A DNA stretch of 64,000 nucleotides from Alphaproteobacteria bacterium. GTDB lineage: Bacteria; Pseudomonadota; Alphaproteobacteria; RF32; CAG-239. The stretch spans positions 4,061 to 68,060 of the forward strand of contig JAZKXV010000028.1 of NCBI GenBank assembly GCA_045611785.1, read 5' to 3'. The notes under the pieces are model-generated. The model was given only the letters and a program-made list of their open reading frames with translations. It was not told the origin of the DNA and searched no databases. This document shows, piece after piece, positions 21,548-30,573 of this stretch; within the stretch, counting starts at the first letter, position 1, and every line of letters starts with the position of its first letter. The translations under genes and the position numbers were made by a program.

Positions 21548-23941
21548 TTAATTTCTTAATTCTCCGCCGGTTTTTTTACCGACTTCAATGATTACTTTAT
21601 TCATTAAATTTTCAATATCTTTATCAGTGAAAGTTTGTTCTACAGGTTGGAATGTAACACTTAGAGCAACTGATTTTTTATTTTCAGGTAAGTTTTCACC
21701 TTCATAAATATCAAAAATTCTAACATCTGTTATGTAGTTTCTGTCAGCATTTTTCGCTGCTGCTAAAATACTTGAAGCATCTATATTTTTATCAACCACA
21801 AAAGCTAAATCTTTATCAAGCGGTTGGAAATTAGATAATTGAAGTTTCTTTTTAGCTTTATCTTGGTTGTTTCTTGGCAACGGAACGTTATCAATATAAA
21901 CTTCAAAAGCCATAACTCTGCCTTTGATACCAAGTTTTTTTGTAACGCTTGGATGAAGCTCTCCAAAATAGGCTAATACATTTTTACCCAAACGTATAGA
22001 TCCGCTTCTGCCTGGGTGATAATAGTTTGGAGCATCACGACATATTTGTAAGTTTTCATACGGACCTTTTGCTGCAGCAATAACAGCTATAGCATCTGCT
22101 TTTACATCGAAAACATCAAAGTTACGAGATGTTGCTGACCAATCTTTTTTTGAGGTTTGGCCAACTCTTATGCCGGTAGCAACTGTTAATTGTTCTTTCG
22201 GGTTTCTACCATAAAATTCCGGACCTACTTCAAAAATAGAAACATCAGAATAACCTTTTGTTATATTGTTTTTTGCCCCTAATAATAAATTAGGCAATAT
22301 TGATGGGCGCATTTGATCTAAATCTGAAGCAATAGGGTTTTGAATTAAAACAGCATCTTGCTGATTTTGTTTCATAAAATCTTTTGCAATTTTAGATGAT
22401 GTGAAACTCCATGTAACTGTTTCAAACATACCTCTTGATGCAAGTTCGTGTTTGATTGTTACGATGTTTGTTTGTAATGGGCTTAAAGTTTGTTTAGGTA
22501 AGTTTGCGCTAGGTAAACTAATTGCCGGAATTTGATCTAAGCCAACCATACGGACAACTTCTTCAACCAAATCGTGTTCGCCTTCAATATCTCCACGCCA
22601 TGATGGAGAAACAACTTTGATTTTTTCAGCTTCGATTGTTGTTTCAAAACCTAAATTGTTTAAGATTTGTATAATTTTTTCTTGTTGAATATCTATACCT
22701 ATAAAATCTTTTATACGAGAAGGTCTGATGTATGCTGTTTTTGTTGGTATATCTTCAGAACCGCAAATTATTTGTTCGGAAGCTTCGCCACCGCAAATTT
22801 GTAAAATAAGCGCAGTTGCATAATCTGATCCTAAAATGTTTGATTTAGGGTCAACCCAACGCTCATAACGATATCTCGAATCTGATTCAATACCATATTT
22901 ACGTCCTGTTCTAGCTATAACAGAAGGTGTAAACAATGCGCTTTCCAATAAAACGTTGGTTGTATCTTCTGAACATCCTTTGTTTAGTCCGCCCATAATA
23001 CCGCCTAAGCATTGGATACCTTCGTCATCACAAATACCTAAAGACAAAGTATCTAAATCATATTCTTTTTCTTCTAATGATATAAATTTTTCGTTTTCTT
23101 TTGCCATACGAACGGTAATGTTGCCGCAAAGTTTATCGGCGTCAAAAACGTGCAAAGGACGTGCTAAGTCATAGTTAATATAGTTTGTAATATCCACCAG
23201 AGGAGAAATTGAGCGTAAACCTATAGCTGTTAATCTGTCTTTTAACCATTTAGGTGTTTGAGCCTTATTGTTAACATTTTTAATATATCGACCGATATAA
23301 ACAGGGCAAGCATCAACGTTTTCAACCTTAATAGATATAGGGCTCTTAAAAGTAGAAGATGTTTTTTGTATGTTTAATGGTTTTAAACTACCAAGACCTG
23401 CTGCAGCTAAGTCGCGAGCGATACCTCTAACACCTAAGCATTCTGCTCTATTGGGTGTGATTGCAACTTCAATTACAGGGTCAAAATTTAAAATATCTGC
23501 AGCGGCAACACCAATTTGAGTGTTAGGATCAAGTTCAATAATTCCGCTATGATCTTCTCCTATACCGAGTTCTTTTTCGGAACACATCATACCAAAGCTT
23601 TCTATTCCACGTATTTTTCCAACTTTTAATACTTCGTTGTAACATGGAATTAGCGTGCCTGCAGGTGCAAAAATACCAACTAAACCTTCTTTAACATTTG
23701 GAGCTCCGCAAACAACCTGAAACTTTTCTTTTCCAGTATTAACACTTAACAAATGTAAGTGATCAGAATCGGGGTGCATAGTAACATTTTCTGCACGAGC
23801 TGTGATAAAACCTTTTAAATTTTCGGCAGAATTTATAACTTCTTCAACCTCTAAACCGATTTGTGTTAAGGTTTTTACAATTGTATCTAAATCAGCAGTT
23901 GTTTCCAAGTGCTCTTTTAACCATGATAATGTAAATTTCAT
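21548..23941 (-). CDS. pheT: phenylalanyl-tRNA synthetase beta subunit
   Basis: 797 aa. N-terminal tRNA-binding, B3/4 and B5 domains recognisable. Confidence 0.9.
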   Translation of the reverse strand: MKFTLSWLKEHLETTADLDTIVKTLTQIGLEVEEVINSAENLKGFITARAENVTMHPDSDHLHLLSVNTGKEKFQVVCGAPNVKEGLVGIFAPAGTLIPCYNEVLKVGKIRGIESFGMMCSEKELGIGEDHSGIIELDPNTQIGVAAADILNFDPVIEVAITPNRAECLGVRGIARDLAAAGLGSLKPLNIQKTSSTFKSPISIKVENVDACPVYIGRYIKNVNNKAQTPKWLKDRLTAIGLRSISPLVDITNYINYDLARPLHVFDADKLCGNITVRMAKENEKFISLEEKEYDLDTLSLGICDDEGIQCLGGIMGGLNKGCSEDTTNVLLESALFTPSVIARTGRKYGIESDSRYRYERWVDPKSNILGSDYATALILQICGGEASEQIICGSEDIPTKTAYIRPSRIKDFIGIDIQQEKIIQILNNLGFETTIEAEKIKVVSPSWRGDIEGEHDLVEEVVRMVGLDQIPAISLPSANLPKQTLSPLQTNIVTIKHELASRGMFETVTWSFTSSKIAKDFMKQNQQDAVLIQNPIASDLDQMRPSILPNLLLGAKNNITKGYSDVSIFEVGPEFYGRNPKEQLTVATGIRVGQTSKKDWSATSRNFDVFDVKADAIAVIAAAKGPYENLQICRDAPNYYHPGRSGSIRLGKNVLAYFGELHPSVTKKLGIKGRVMAFEVYIDNVPLPRNNQDKAKKKLQLSNFQPLDKDLAFVVDKNIDASSILAAAKNADRNYITDVRIFDIYEGENLPENKKSVALSVTFQPVEQTFTDKDIENLMNKVIIEVGKKTGGELRN

Positions 23942-25047
23942 CGAGTTTGTCCTCCATTGTTACTTAGTCCGCCTGTTAATGAAGAGAAATCAAGCGGTGA
24001 GAATCCATAATTTTTAAGCCAACGAATGTCAGATTCAAAGAATGTTCTTAAATCCGGAATGCCATATTTGAGCATAGCAAGTCTGTCTATACCTACACCA
24101 AACGCAAAACCTTGATATTCATCAGGATCAATACCTCCTGCTCTTAAAACATTTGGATGAACCATTCCGCATCCTAAAATTTCGAGCCAATCGTTTCCGG
24201 CACCAATTTTAAGATCTGTTTTAGTTTTTAAACAACCTATATCCATCTCAGCAGATGGTTCGGTAAAAGGAAAATAAGATGGACGATAACGAACAGGCAC
24301 CTCATCGAGTTCAAAGAATGTTTTTACAAAATCATATAAACAACCTTTTAAATGAGCCATTGTTGTTGTTTTATCAATAACCAATCCTTCAACCTGATGA
24401 AACATCGGTGTATGGGTAGCATCATAATCGGAACGGTATGTTCTTCCCGGTGCAATAATGCGAATCGGTGGTTTTTTGTTTTCCATTGTTCTGATTTGAA
24501 TACCTGATGTATGTGTACGAATAACATAAGAGTTATCCATATCAAAATTTCCATCGTTTGTGTTTGGAATATAGAAAGTATCTTGCATTTGACGAGCAGG
24601 ATGGTTTTGCGGCATATTTAACGCATTAAAGTTGTGAAACTGATCCTCAATATCCGGGCCTTCAGCAACCTCAAATCCCATTTGACCGAATATTGCAACA
24701 ACCTCTTCATAAATTTTTGAAACAGGGTGTATTCTACCTTGAGTTTCAGGTCTTACCGGCAAGGTTATATCAATGGTTTCGTTTTTTAATTTTTCATCTA
24801 AAGCTTTTTTTTCTAAAATTTCTTTTTGCTCAGATAATGCGTTTTCAATTTCTGTTTTGATTTGGTTGAGCTTTTTACCCATTTCAATTTTTTGTTCTAA
24901 CGGTAAAGCACCAAGTTGTTTCATTTGTTCAGTAATGGTACCTTTTTTACCCATTGAAGATATGCGTATATCTTCAAGCGATTTTATATCAGTGGCAACG
25001 TTTATATTGTTTAATATTTGCGTTTTTAAACTTTCAATATCTTCCAT
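23938..25047 (-). CDS. pheS: phenylalanyl-tRNA synthetase alpha subunit
   Basis: Class II catalytic motifs. 4-nt overlap with pheT. Confidence 0.9.
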   Translation of the reverse strand: MEDIESLKTQILNNINVATDIKSLEDIRISSMGKKGTITEQMKQLGALPLEQKIEMGKKLNQIKTEIENALSEQKEILEKKALDEKLKNETIDITLPVRPETQGRIHPVSKIYEEVVAIFGQMGFEVAEGPDIEDQFHNFNALNMPQNHPARQMQDTFYIPNTNDGNFDMDNSYVIRTHTSGIQIRTMENKKPPIRIIAPGRTYRSDYDATHTPMFHQVEGLVIDKTTTMAHLKGCLYDFVKTFFELDEVPVRYRPSYFPFTEPSAEMDIGCLKTKTDLKIGAGNDWLEILGCGMVHPNVLRAGGIDPDEYQGFAFGVGIDRLAMLKYGIPDLRTFFESDIRWLKNYGFSPLDFSSLTGGLSNNGGQTR

Positions 25048-25066
25048 TTTTTTTACCTTTATATAT

Positions 25067-25104
25067 AAAAAGAGTCATCTTGGACTGCCAAGAGGACTCT
25101 TTTT
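25067..25104 (-). terminator. terminator/attenuator hairpin between rplT and pheS
   Basis: AAAAGAGTC-...-GACTCTTTTT long hairpin followed by a U-rich tract on the minus strand. Its position is analogous to the pheST leader attenuator. Confidence 0.55.
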
Positions 25105-25123
25105 ACTTTAATTACTGTCTTAC

Positions 25124-25483
25124 TTATTTGTTAAGAGCCGCTTTGGCAGAATCTACCAGTTTAGCAAAAGCTTGGGGCTCTTTCAAAGCGATATCAGCGA
25201 GAACTTTACGATCAAGTTCAATACCGGCTTTGTTAAGCCCACTGATAAATCGTGAATAAGTCATATCATGAAGACGAGTAGCAGCATTGATACGTTGAAT
25301 CCATAAAGCTCTGAAACTTCTTTTCTTTGCTCTACGATCGCGGTATGCATATTGCAAACCTTTTTCAACTTTTTCAACAGCAACTCTAAATACATTTTTA
25401 TTACGACCTCTATAACCTTTAGCCATATCAAGAATTTTTTTATGGCGAGCATGTGCGGTCATACCTCTTTTAACACGTGACAT
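25124..25483 (-). CDS. rplT: 50S ribosomal protein L20
   Basis: MSRVKRG...[19 protein letters not shown]. Confidence 0.95.
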   Translation of the reverse strand: MSRVKRGMTAHARHKKILDMAKGYRGRNKNVFRVAVEKVEKGLQYAYRDRRAKKRSFRALWIQRINAATRLHDMTYSRFISGLNKAGIELDRKVLADIALKEPQAFAKLVDSAKAALNK

Positions 25484-25496
25484 ATCTTATTCCTCC

Positions 25497-25694
25497 TTAC
25501 AAATACGGTAAAAACTTTTTAACAATTTGAACATCTGACTCACTTAACAATAGAGAGCCGCGAGCTTGTCTTTTCATTTTTGAAGTTTTGCAGAAGAGGC
25601 AGTGTCTCTTAAATGCATGGTTTCTTTTTAATTTGCCGGTTCCGGTAACGCTGAAGCGTTTTTTAGCGGCACTTTTAGTTTTTAATTTTGGCAT
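25497..25694 (-). CDS. rpmI: 50S ribosomal protein L35
   Basis: [14 protein letters not shown]... Confidence 0.9.
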   Translation of the reverse strand: MPKLKTKSAAKKRFSVTGTGKLKRNHAFKRHCLFCKTSKMKRQARGSLLLSESDVQIVKKFLPYL

Positions 25695-26143
25695 TTTAAA
25701 TCCTTCCTTTATAAATGGATTGTTATTAAAAGTGGTTAGGCATGCCTTTTTCGCCTAAACCACCAGTTAAAGCAAATTTCTTATACTCTCTTATTTATTT
25801 AAAAGCAAGTAAAATATTTTATTTTAATGGCAGAAAAAACGACTCGATTTATGTGTTTTTTTCACTTAAAAATTTAATTTATACCATAGAGACTCACTTA
25901 AAGTTGTGTGTGTAACTTTTTTTGTGTTCTAATATCAATGGATTAGATATAACTGATTGAAAATGCTTAATATTTAAATAGTTAACAAACTTATCCACGA
26001 ATGATAAAAAAAAATCTGCCTATTTATAATGAGATAGAATTTTTTTGTTTTTATTAACCATTTAATGCTTGAGGGATGAGATATATTTTTGCAATATGAA
26101 AATCGCAATAATCAATCGCAATATCATTACTTAAAATTTTTTG

Positions 26144-26196
26144 TGTATACTATATATTGTTTCTTTACTTTAAATTAATACAATATGTAGTATACA
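26144..26196. promoter_or_regulatory. 17-bp inverted repeat (TGTATACTATATATTGT ... ACAATATGTAGTATACA, 16/17 match, 19-bp spacer) in the nrdD upstream region: candidate repressor operator (NrdR-box-like or other)
   Basis: Read directly from the sequence. It sits 67-120 bp upstream of the nrdD ATG. A GCAATA motif repeated three times lies just upstream (26091-26123). Confidence 0.45.
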
Positions 26197-26262
26197 GCCT
26201 TAAAATGTTTAATGATAATAACTTTGGTTTAAAAATAGATAAAACGGATAAGGAAACAATAA

Positions 26263-28326
26263 ATGTCAGAGTATAAATATGAAATGCCCAATGTTAAAAA
26301 TGATAACGTTAGCATTGACCATGTTACAAAACGTGACGGCACTTTAGCACCTTTTGATTCAAGCAAAATTTATAATGCTATATTAAAAGCCGGTTCCTCT
26401 ACAAATGAATTTGGAGACCAAGAAGCATGGCTCTTAACAGCGAAAGTGTTAAAAGTTATGGAGCATAAATTTAGCGAATCGTTACCGACAATTGAACAAA
26501 TACAAGATATTGTTGAACAAGTACTCATTTCTGACAATTATTTTCAAACAGCAAAAGCATATATTTTATATAGAGATCAACGCAATCGTATTCGTTCTGA
26601 TAAGAAAGTTATGGTTGATGTTGAAAGCTCAATCAATGAATATTTGGAAAGATTGGATTGGCGTGTTAATGCAAATGCGAATCAGGGATATTCTAACGGT
26701 GGTTTAATATTAAACGTTTCAGGTAAGGTTACCGCAAACTACTGGCTCAGCCATGTTTATCCTGCTGAAGTTGGTGAAGCTCATCGTAATGGTGATATTC
26801 ATATCCATGATTTGGATATGCTTGCAGCATATTGTGCAGGCTGGTCTTTGAAAAACTTGCTTCATGAAGGTTTTAATGGTGTTCCAGGTAAAACAGAAGC
26901 TGGTCCTGCAAAACACTTATCAGCAGCCGTTGGTCAAATGGTAAACTTTATGGGAACTTTGCAAAATGAGTGGGCAGGAGCACAAGCTTTTTCTTCTGTT
27001 GACACATATTTAGCTCCTTATATTCGTAAAGATGGTCTTAGCTATGAGCAAGTTGAACAATCTATGCAAGAACTTATTTACAATTTGAATGTTCCTTCTC
27101 GTTGGGGTTCACAAACACCATTTACAAATTTTACATTTGACTGGGTATGTCCTGAAGATTTAAGAGATAAACACCCAATTATTGCAGGTGTTGAACAAAG
27201 CTTTACTTATGGCGATTTAAAAGAAGAAATGGCTATGATTAATAAGGCTTATATCACTGTTATGATGAGAGGTGATATAAAAGGTCGTCCATTTACTTTC
27301 CCAATTCCTACATACAATATGACATGGGATTTTCCTTGGGAAGATGAAAACACATTGTTGTTGTTTGAAATGACAGCTAAATATGGTTTACCTTATTTCC
27401 AAAACTTCTTAAACTCTGTATTAAAACCGGGACAAATTCGTTCAATGTGTTGCCGTTTGCAACTTGATTTGCGCGAATTGTTAGCAAAAGGAAATGGTTT
27501 GTTCGGTTCTGCGGAACAAACAGGTTCTGTGGGGGTTGTAACATTTAACTGTGCTCGTTTAGGTTATGTATATAAAGGTGATGAAGCAGGTCTTTTCGGT
27601 CGTGTTGATGAATTGATGAATATTGCTCGTACATCTTTAGAAATTAAACGTAAAGTTATTGAAAGACTTATTCAAAATGGTTTGTTCCCATTTACAAAAC
27701 GTTATTTAGGTACACTTCGTAATCACTTTTCAACAATTGGTGTTAACGGTATAAATGAAATGATCAGAAACTATACCAATGATGAACACAATATTTCTGA
27801 CGAGTGGGGACAAGCATTTGCTGTTAAATTCTTAGATTATATCAGAGAAAAAATGGTAAAAATTCAAGAAGAAACAGGCCATATGTATAATCTTGAAGCA
27901 ACTCCTGCAGAAAGTGCAACATACAGATTTGCACGTGAAGATAAGAAAAGATACAAAGATATTATTCAAGCCGGTACAAAAGAAGACCCATATTATACAA
28001 ACTCTTCTCAACTTCCGGTCGGATTTACTGATGATCCGTTTGAAGCTCTTGATTTGCAGTCTGAATTACAAACAAAATACACAGGTGGAACAGTGTTGCA
28101 CTTGTATATGGGACAACGCATTTCATCAGCAAAGGTTTGTCGTGATTTAGTTAAACGTGTTTTAACAAATTATCGCTTACCGTATATTACTATTACTCCT
28201 ACCTTTTCAGTATGCCCAAAACATGGATACTTATCGGGTGAACATAAATTCTGCCCACTTTGTGATGAAGAGAAAAAAGCAGAAAAAATTAAGGCATTAA
28301 AAGCCAAACAAGAAAATGTAGCTTAA
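26263..28326 (+). CDS. nrdD: anaerobic ribonucleoside-triphosphate reductase (class III), catalytic chain ending after the Zn ribbon and lacking the glycyl-radical segment
   Basis: N-terminal ATP-cone (VTKRDGTLAPFDSSKI). Class III core. C-terminal CPKH...CPLC zinc site, then a stop. No RxxGY motif in this ORF. Confidence 0.85.
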   Translation: MSEYKYEMPNVKNDNVSIDHVTKRDGTLAPFDSSKIYNAILKAGSSTNEFGDQEAWLLTAKVLKVMEHKFSESLPTIEQIQDIVEQVLISDNYFQTAKAYILYRDQRNRIRSDKKVMVDVESSINEYLERLDWRVNANANQGYSNGGLILNVSGKVTANYWLSHVYPAEVGEAHRNGDIHIHDLDMLAAYCAGWSLKNLLHEGFNGVPGKTEAGPAKHLSAAVGQMVNFMGTLQNEWAGAQAFSSVDTYLAPYIRKDGLSYEQVEQSMQELIYNLNVPSRWGSQTPFTNFTFDWVCPEDLRDKHPIIAGVEQSFTYGDLKEEMAMINKAYITVMMRGDIKGRPFTFPIPTYNMTWDFPWEDENTLLLFEMTAKYGLPYFQNFLNSVLKPGQIRSMCCRLQLDLRELLAKGNGLFGSAEQTGSVGVVTFNCARLGYVYKGDEAGLFGRVDELMNIARTSLEIKRKVIERLIQNGLFPFTKRYLGTLRNHFSTIGVNGINEMIRNYTNDEHNISDEWGQAFAVKFLDYIREKMVKIQEETGHMYNLEATPAESATYRFAREDKKRYKDIIQAGTKEDPYYTNSSQLPVGFTDDPFEALDLQSELQTKYTGGTVLHLYMGQRISSAKVCRDLVKRVLTNYRLPYITITPTFSVCPKHGYLSGEHKFCPLCDEEKKAEKIKALKAKQENVA

Positions 28327-28360
28327 TTTAAACAATAAAGATTTATTTAGGAGAATATAA

Positions 28361-28567
28361 ATGACCAATGTAATTGATATTAACGAAATCAAATTAGCAG
28401 ATTCTGAAAGACAACCTTGCGAAATCTGGACACGTGTTATGGGCTATCATCGTCCGGTTTCTGAATTTAATAAAGGTAAAAAGTCAGAATATTATACAAG
28501 AATTTGCTTTAGCGAAGAAAAAGCAGTTTGTGGTATCAATCAAAACTTAGCAATGGCTGCAGAGTAG
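28361..28567 (+). CDS. small glycyl-radical protein carrying the NrdD C-terminal radical motif (TRVMGYHRP)
   Basis: Aligns with the extreme C-terminus of E. coli NrdD (TRRTCGYLGNPDARPFNAGKQEE vs TRVMGYHRPVSEFNKGKKSE). Own AGGAGA Shine-Dalgarno 7 nt upstream. Different frame from nrdD, with three in-frame stops between them. Confidence 0.6.
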   Translation: MTNVIDINEIKLADSERQPCEIWTRVMGYHRPVSEFNKGKKSEYYTRICFSEEKAVCGINQNLAMAAE

Positions 28568-28572
28568 TTTTA

Positions 28573-29289
28573 ATGGATACAGGCAATCCTATTATAATCG
28601 GCGATGTTGAATCTTTCAGCATCGTCGATTTTCCAAATAAGATAGCGGCAGTTGTTTTTATGCAGGGATGTCCTTGGAAATGTCCTTTTTGCTATAATTT
28701 AAGTTTACAAAAAATTGGTAAGCAGACAGAAACAGAATGGGCGTTTGAAACCTTAAAATGTTTATTAAAAAAGCGTAAGCCAATGTTAGATGCTGTGGTT
28801 TTTTCAGGTGGAGAACCTTTGCTTCAAGATGGTTTGGAAGAAGCTATCGATGAGGTTAAGGTTTTAGGTTATGAAGTTGGCTTGCATACCGGAGGTTTTA
28901 GACCTCAAATGTTAAAAAAAGTGATAAATAAAGTTGATTGGGTTGGCTTAGATATTAAAGCACCGATTGATGCCGGTAAGTATAAAGTAGCGACCGGATG
29001 TTTTGATAATGTTGAAAATATCAAAGAAAGTTTGAATATATTAATAAAAAGCGGTGTTGATTTTGAATGCAGAACAACTTGTGACCCAAGAATTTTAAGC
29101 GTTGATGATATATATGAGATTGCAACATCATTAAAAGATTTAGGTGTAAAAGAATATTATTTACAAAAGTATCGTCCGATTGAAAGCGATAAAACAACCA
29201 CAGACGATATGTGCGAATCGATAATAAACGATATTAAATTGTTAGATTTTTTAAAAACAAGTTTTGAAGTATATGATGTAAGAAAATAA
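28573..29289 (+). CDS. nrdG: anaerobic ribonucleotide reductase activating protein (radical SAM)
   Basis: CPWKCPFCYN (CxxxCxxC) plus a glycine-rich SAM motif VFSGGEP. Start set at MDTGNP, 5 nt after the upstream stop. Confidence 0.8.
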   Translation: MDTGNPIIIGDVESFSIVDFPNKIAAVVFMQGCPWKCPFCYNLSLQKIGKQTETEWAFETLKCLLKKRKPMLDAVVFSGGEPLLQDGLEEAIDEVKVLGYEVGLHTGGFRPQMLKKVINKVDWVGLDIKAPIDAGKYKVATGCFDNVENIKESLNILIKSGVDFECRTTCDPRILSVDDIYEIATSLKDLGVKEYYLQKYRPIESDKTTTDDMCESIINDIKLLDFLKTSFEVYDVRK

Positions 29290-29312
29290 GCACCGTTTTC
29301 ACGGTGCTTAAA
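29290..29312. terminator. intrinsic terminator between nrdG and the convergent OMP gene
   Basis: GCACCGT-TTTC-ACGGTGC followed by a T/A run. Confidence 0.65.
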
Positions 29313-29314
29313 AT

Positions 29315-29851
29315 TTAAAATTTCCAACCCACACCAAGTCTGATGTTAGAATTGGAGAATCGTGTATAGCCCTTAGGTTGAGAACTGAACAAATGGCAAG
29401 CTTCAACGCCTAAAAAGAGCTGTTTCCATACAGTACACTGGTAACCGACTTTTGCTTTTAAATGAAATCCGTCGCTATAAAAACGGTCAGCAGGACACTG
29501 CGTTACGTCAGGAGTTTCAATATATCCGTAGTTTTGAAAACCACCCATCAGATAAGCCTTATGTTTTTTACCCACAACGAAACCTAAAGAAGGACCGAAG
29601 GTTGTAAAATACTTGTTGCAAAGCTGATGGTTAATAGTTGTGGTACCAATGTCTAAATCGGCTCGTAAGAAAAAAGCCTCAAAGCCGATTGTTGTTCCGA
29701 AGACAGGTGTGTTACCGGTAAAGTTGTAGCCACCGTAAAGAGAAACGTCAAATTTGAGTTCATCTTTTGTTTTGTCAGCGTAGGGCTTAGCCTCTACAAA
29801 ACCTACAGACACTATCGTTGCCAATAGGAATAAAATAATACATTTTTTCAT
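29315..29851 (-). CDS. small outer-membrane beta-barrel protein (OmpA/OmpW-like beta-barrel domain), paralog 1
   Basis: Signal peptide MKKCIILFLLATIVSVGFVEA. Alternating amphipathic strands. C-terminal ...GVGWKF. Confidence 0.65.
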   Translation of the reverse strand: MKKCIILFLLATIVSVGFVEAKPYADKTKDELKFDVSLYGGYNFTGNTPVFGTTIGFEAFFLRADLDIGTTTINHQLCNKYFTTFGPSLGFVVGKKHKAYLMGGFQNYGYIETPDVTQCPADRFYSDGFHLKAKVGYQCTVWKQLFLGVEACHLFSSQPKGYTRFSNSNIRLGVGWKF

Positions 29852-29943
29852 AATCAATAAGTTTAATAAAAATAAAAAAGATATGGAAATAATAGCATAA
29901 AGATAAAAATTTATCAACCCATATTATATGTATTTAAAATAAA

Positions 29944-29976
29944 AAGAAATAGCGTCAAATAATGAGGCTATTTCTT
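29944..29976 (-). terminator. intrinsic terminator after OMP paralog 2
   Basis: AAGAAATAGC-...-GCTATTTCTT with TTTTTTATTTT on the minus strand. Confidence 0.65.
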
Positions 29977-29977
29977 C

Positions 29978-30484
29978 TTAAAAAGCATATCCGACACCTA
30001 TACATACGTTGGTGTTGGAAAAATGTTGAGCACCTTTTTTGTTATCATGAAACAAATGGTTTACTTCATAATTTAAAAACAAATCCCTTGCGACAAAGTG
30101 TTGTATTCCTATTCTGGCAAGACCGTATATGTGGTCAGATCTAAAATAATTCGGATTTTTTTTATTATTAATAAACCCGTAATTTTGTACACCAATCATC
30201 AAAAATACTTTTACTTTATTGCCATAATGCAAACCGATTGTAGGGCAGGCTGTTGTGAATCCTTCTGTACATAAGGGGTGGTTGATTTTTGTTTTTCCTA
30301 TATCAATTCCCGCTCTTAAATATCCGTATTCAAAACCAATTCTAGCTGTGAAAACAACAGCAGGGCTAACACAGTTCATTCCAAAATTTATGGTAGCATC
30401 ATATTTGAGTTTATTATTAAAGTCTGAAGCATAAATTTTTGTAACCGATAATAAACAGAGTGTAAGTATAATAAGTCGTTTCAT
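29978..30484 (-). CDS. small outer-membrane beta-barrel protein, paralog 2
   Basis: Signal peptide MKRLIILTLCLLSVTKIYA. Shares blocks with paralog 1 (NHxLC..FTT..P..G..G.K.K..LM.G.QNYG). C-terminal GVGYAF. Confidence 0.65.
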   Translation of the reverse strand: MKRLIILTLCLLSVTKIYASDFNNKLKYDATINFGMNCVSPAVVFTARIGFEYGYLRAGIDIGKTKINHPLCTEGFTTACPTIGLHYGNKVKVFLMIGVQNYGFINNKKNPNYFRSDHIYGLARIGIQHFVARDLFLNYEVNHLFHDNKKGAQHFSNTNVCIGVGYAF

Positions 30485-30542
30485 AGAATAATTATTAAGT
30501 GTATTTATTTATATGCATTTTTTGTTTTAAGTCAATGTATAA

Positions 30543-30573
30543 ATAAGAAGCTGCAAATGGAGTTTGCAGCTTC
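30543..30573 (-). terminator. hairpin terminator after OMP paralog 3
   Basis: AAGAAGCTGCAAA-TGGAG-TTTGCAGCTTCTT. Confidence 0.5.

Noticed and set aside
28321-28365. nrdD C-terminal split as a simple frameshift pseudogene
   Set aside because: Not fully rejected, but disfavoured. There are three in-frame stops after nrdD, the small ORF has its own well-spaced AGGAGA Shine-Dalgarno, and both pieces are intact. This needs read-level verification.
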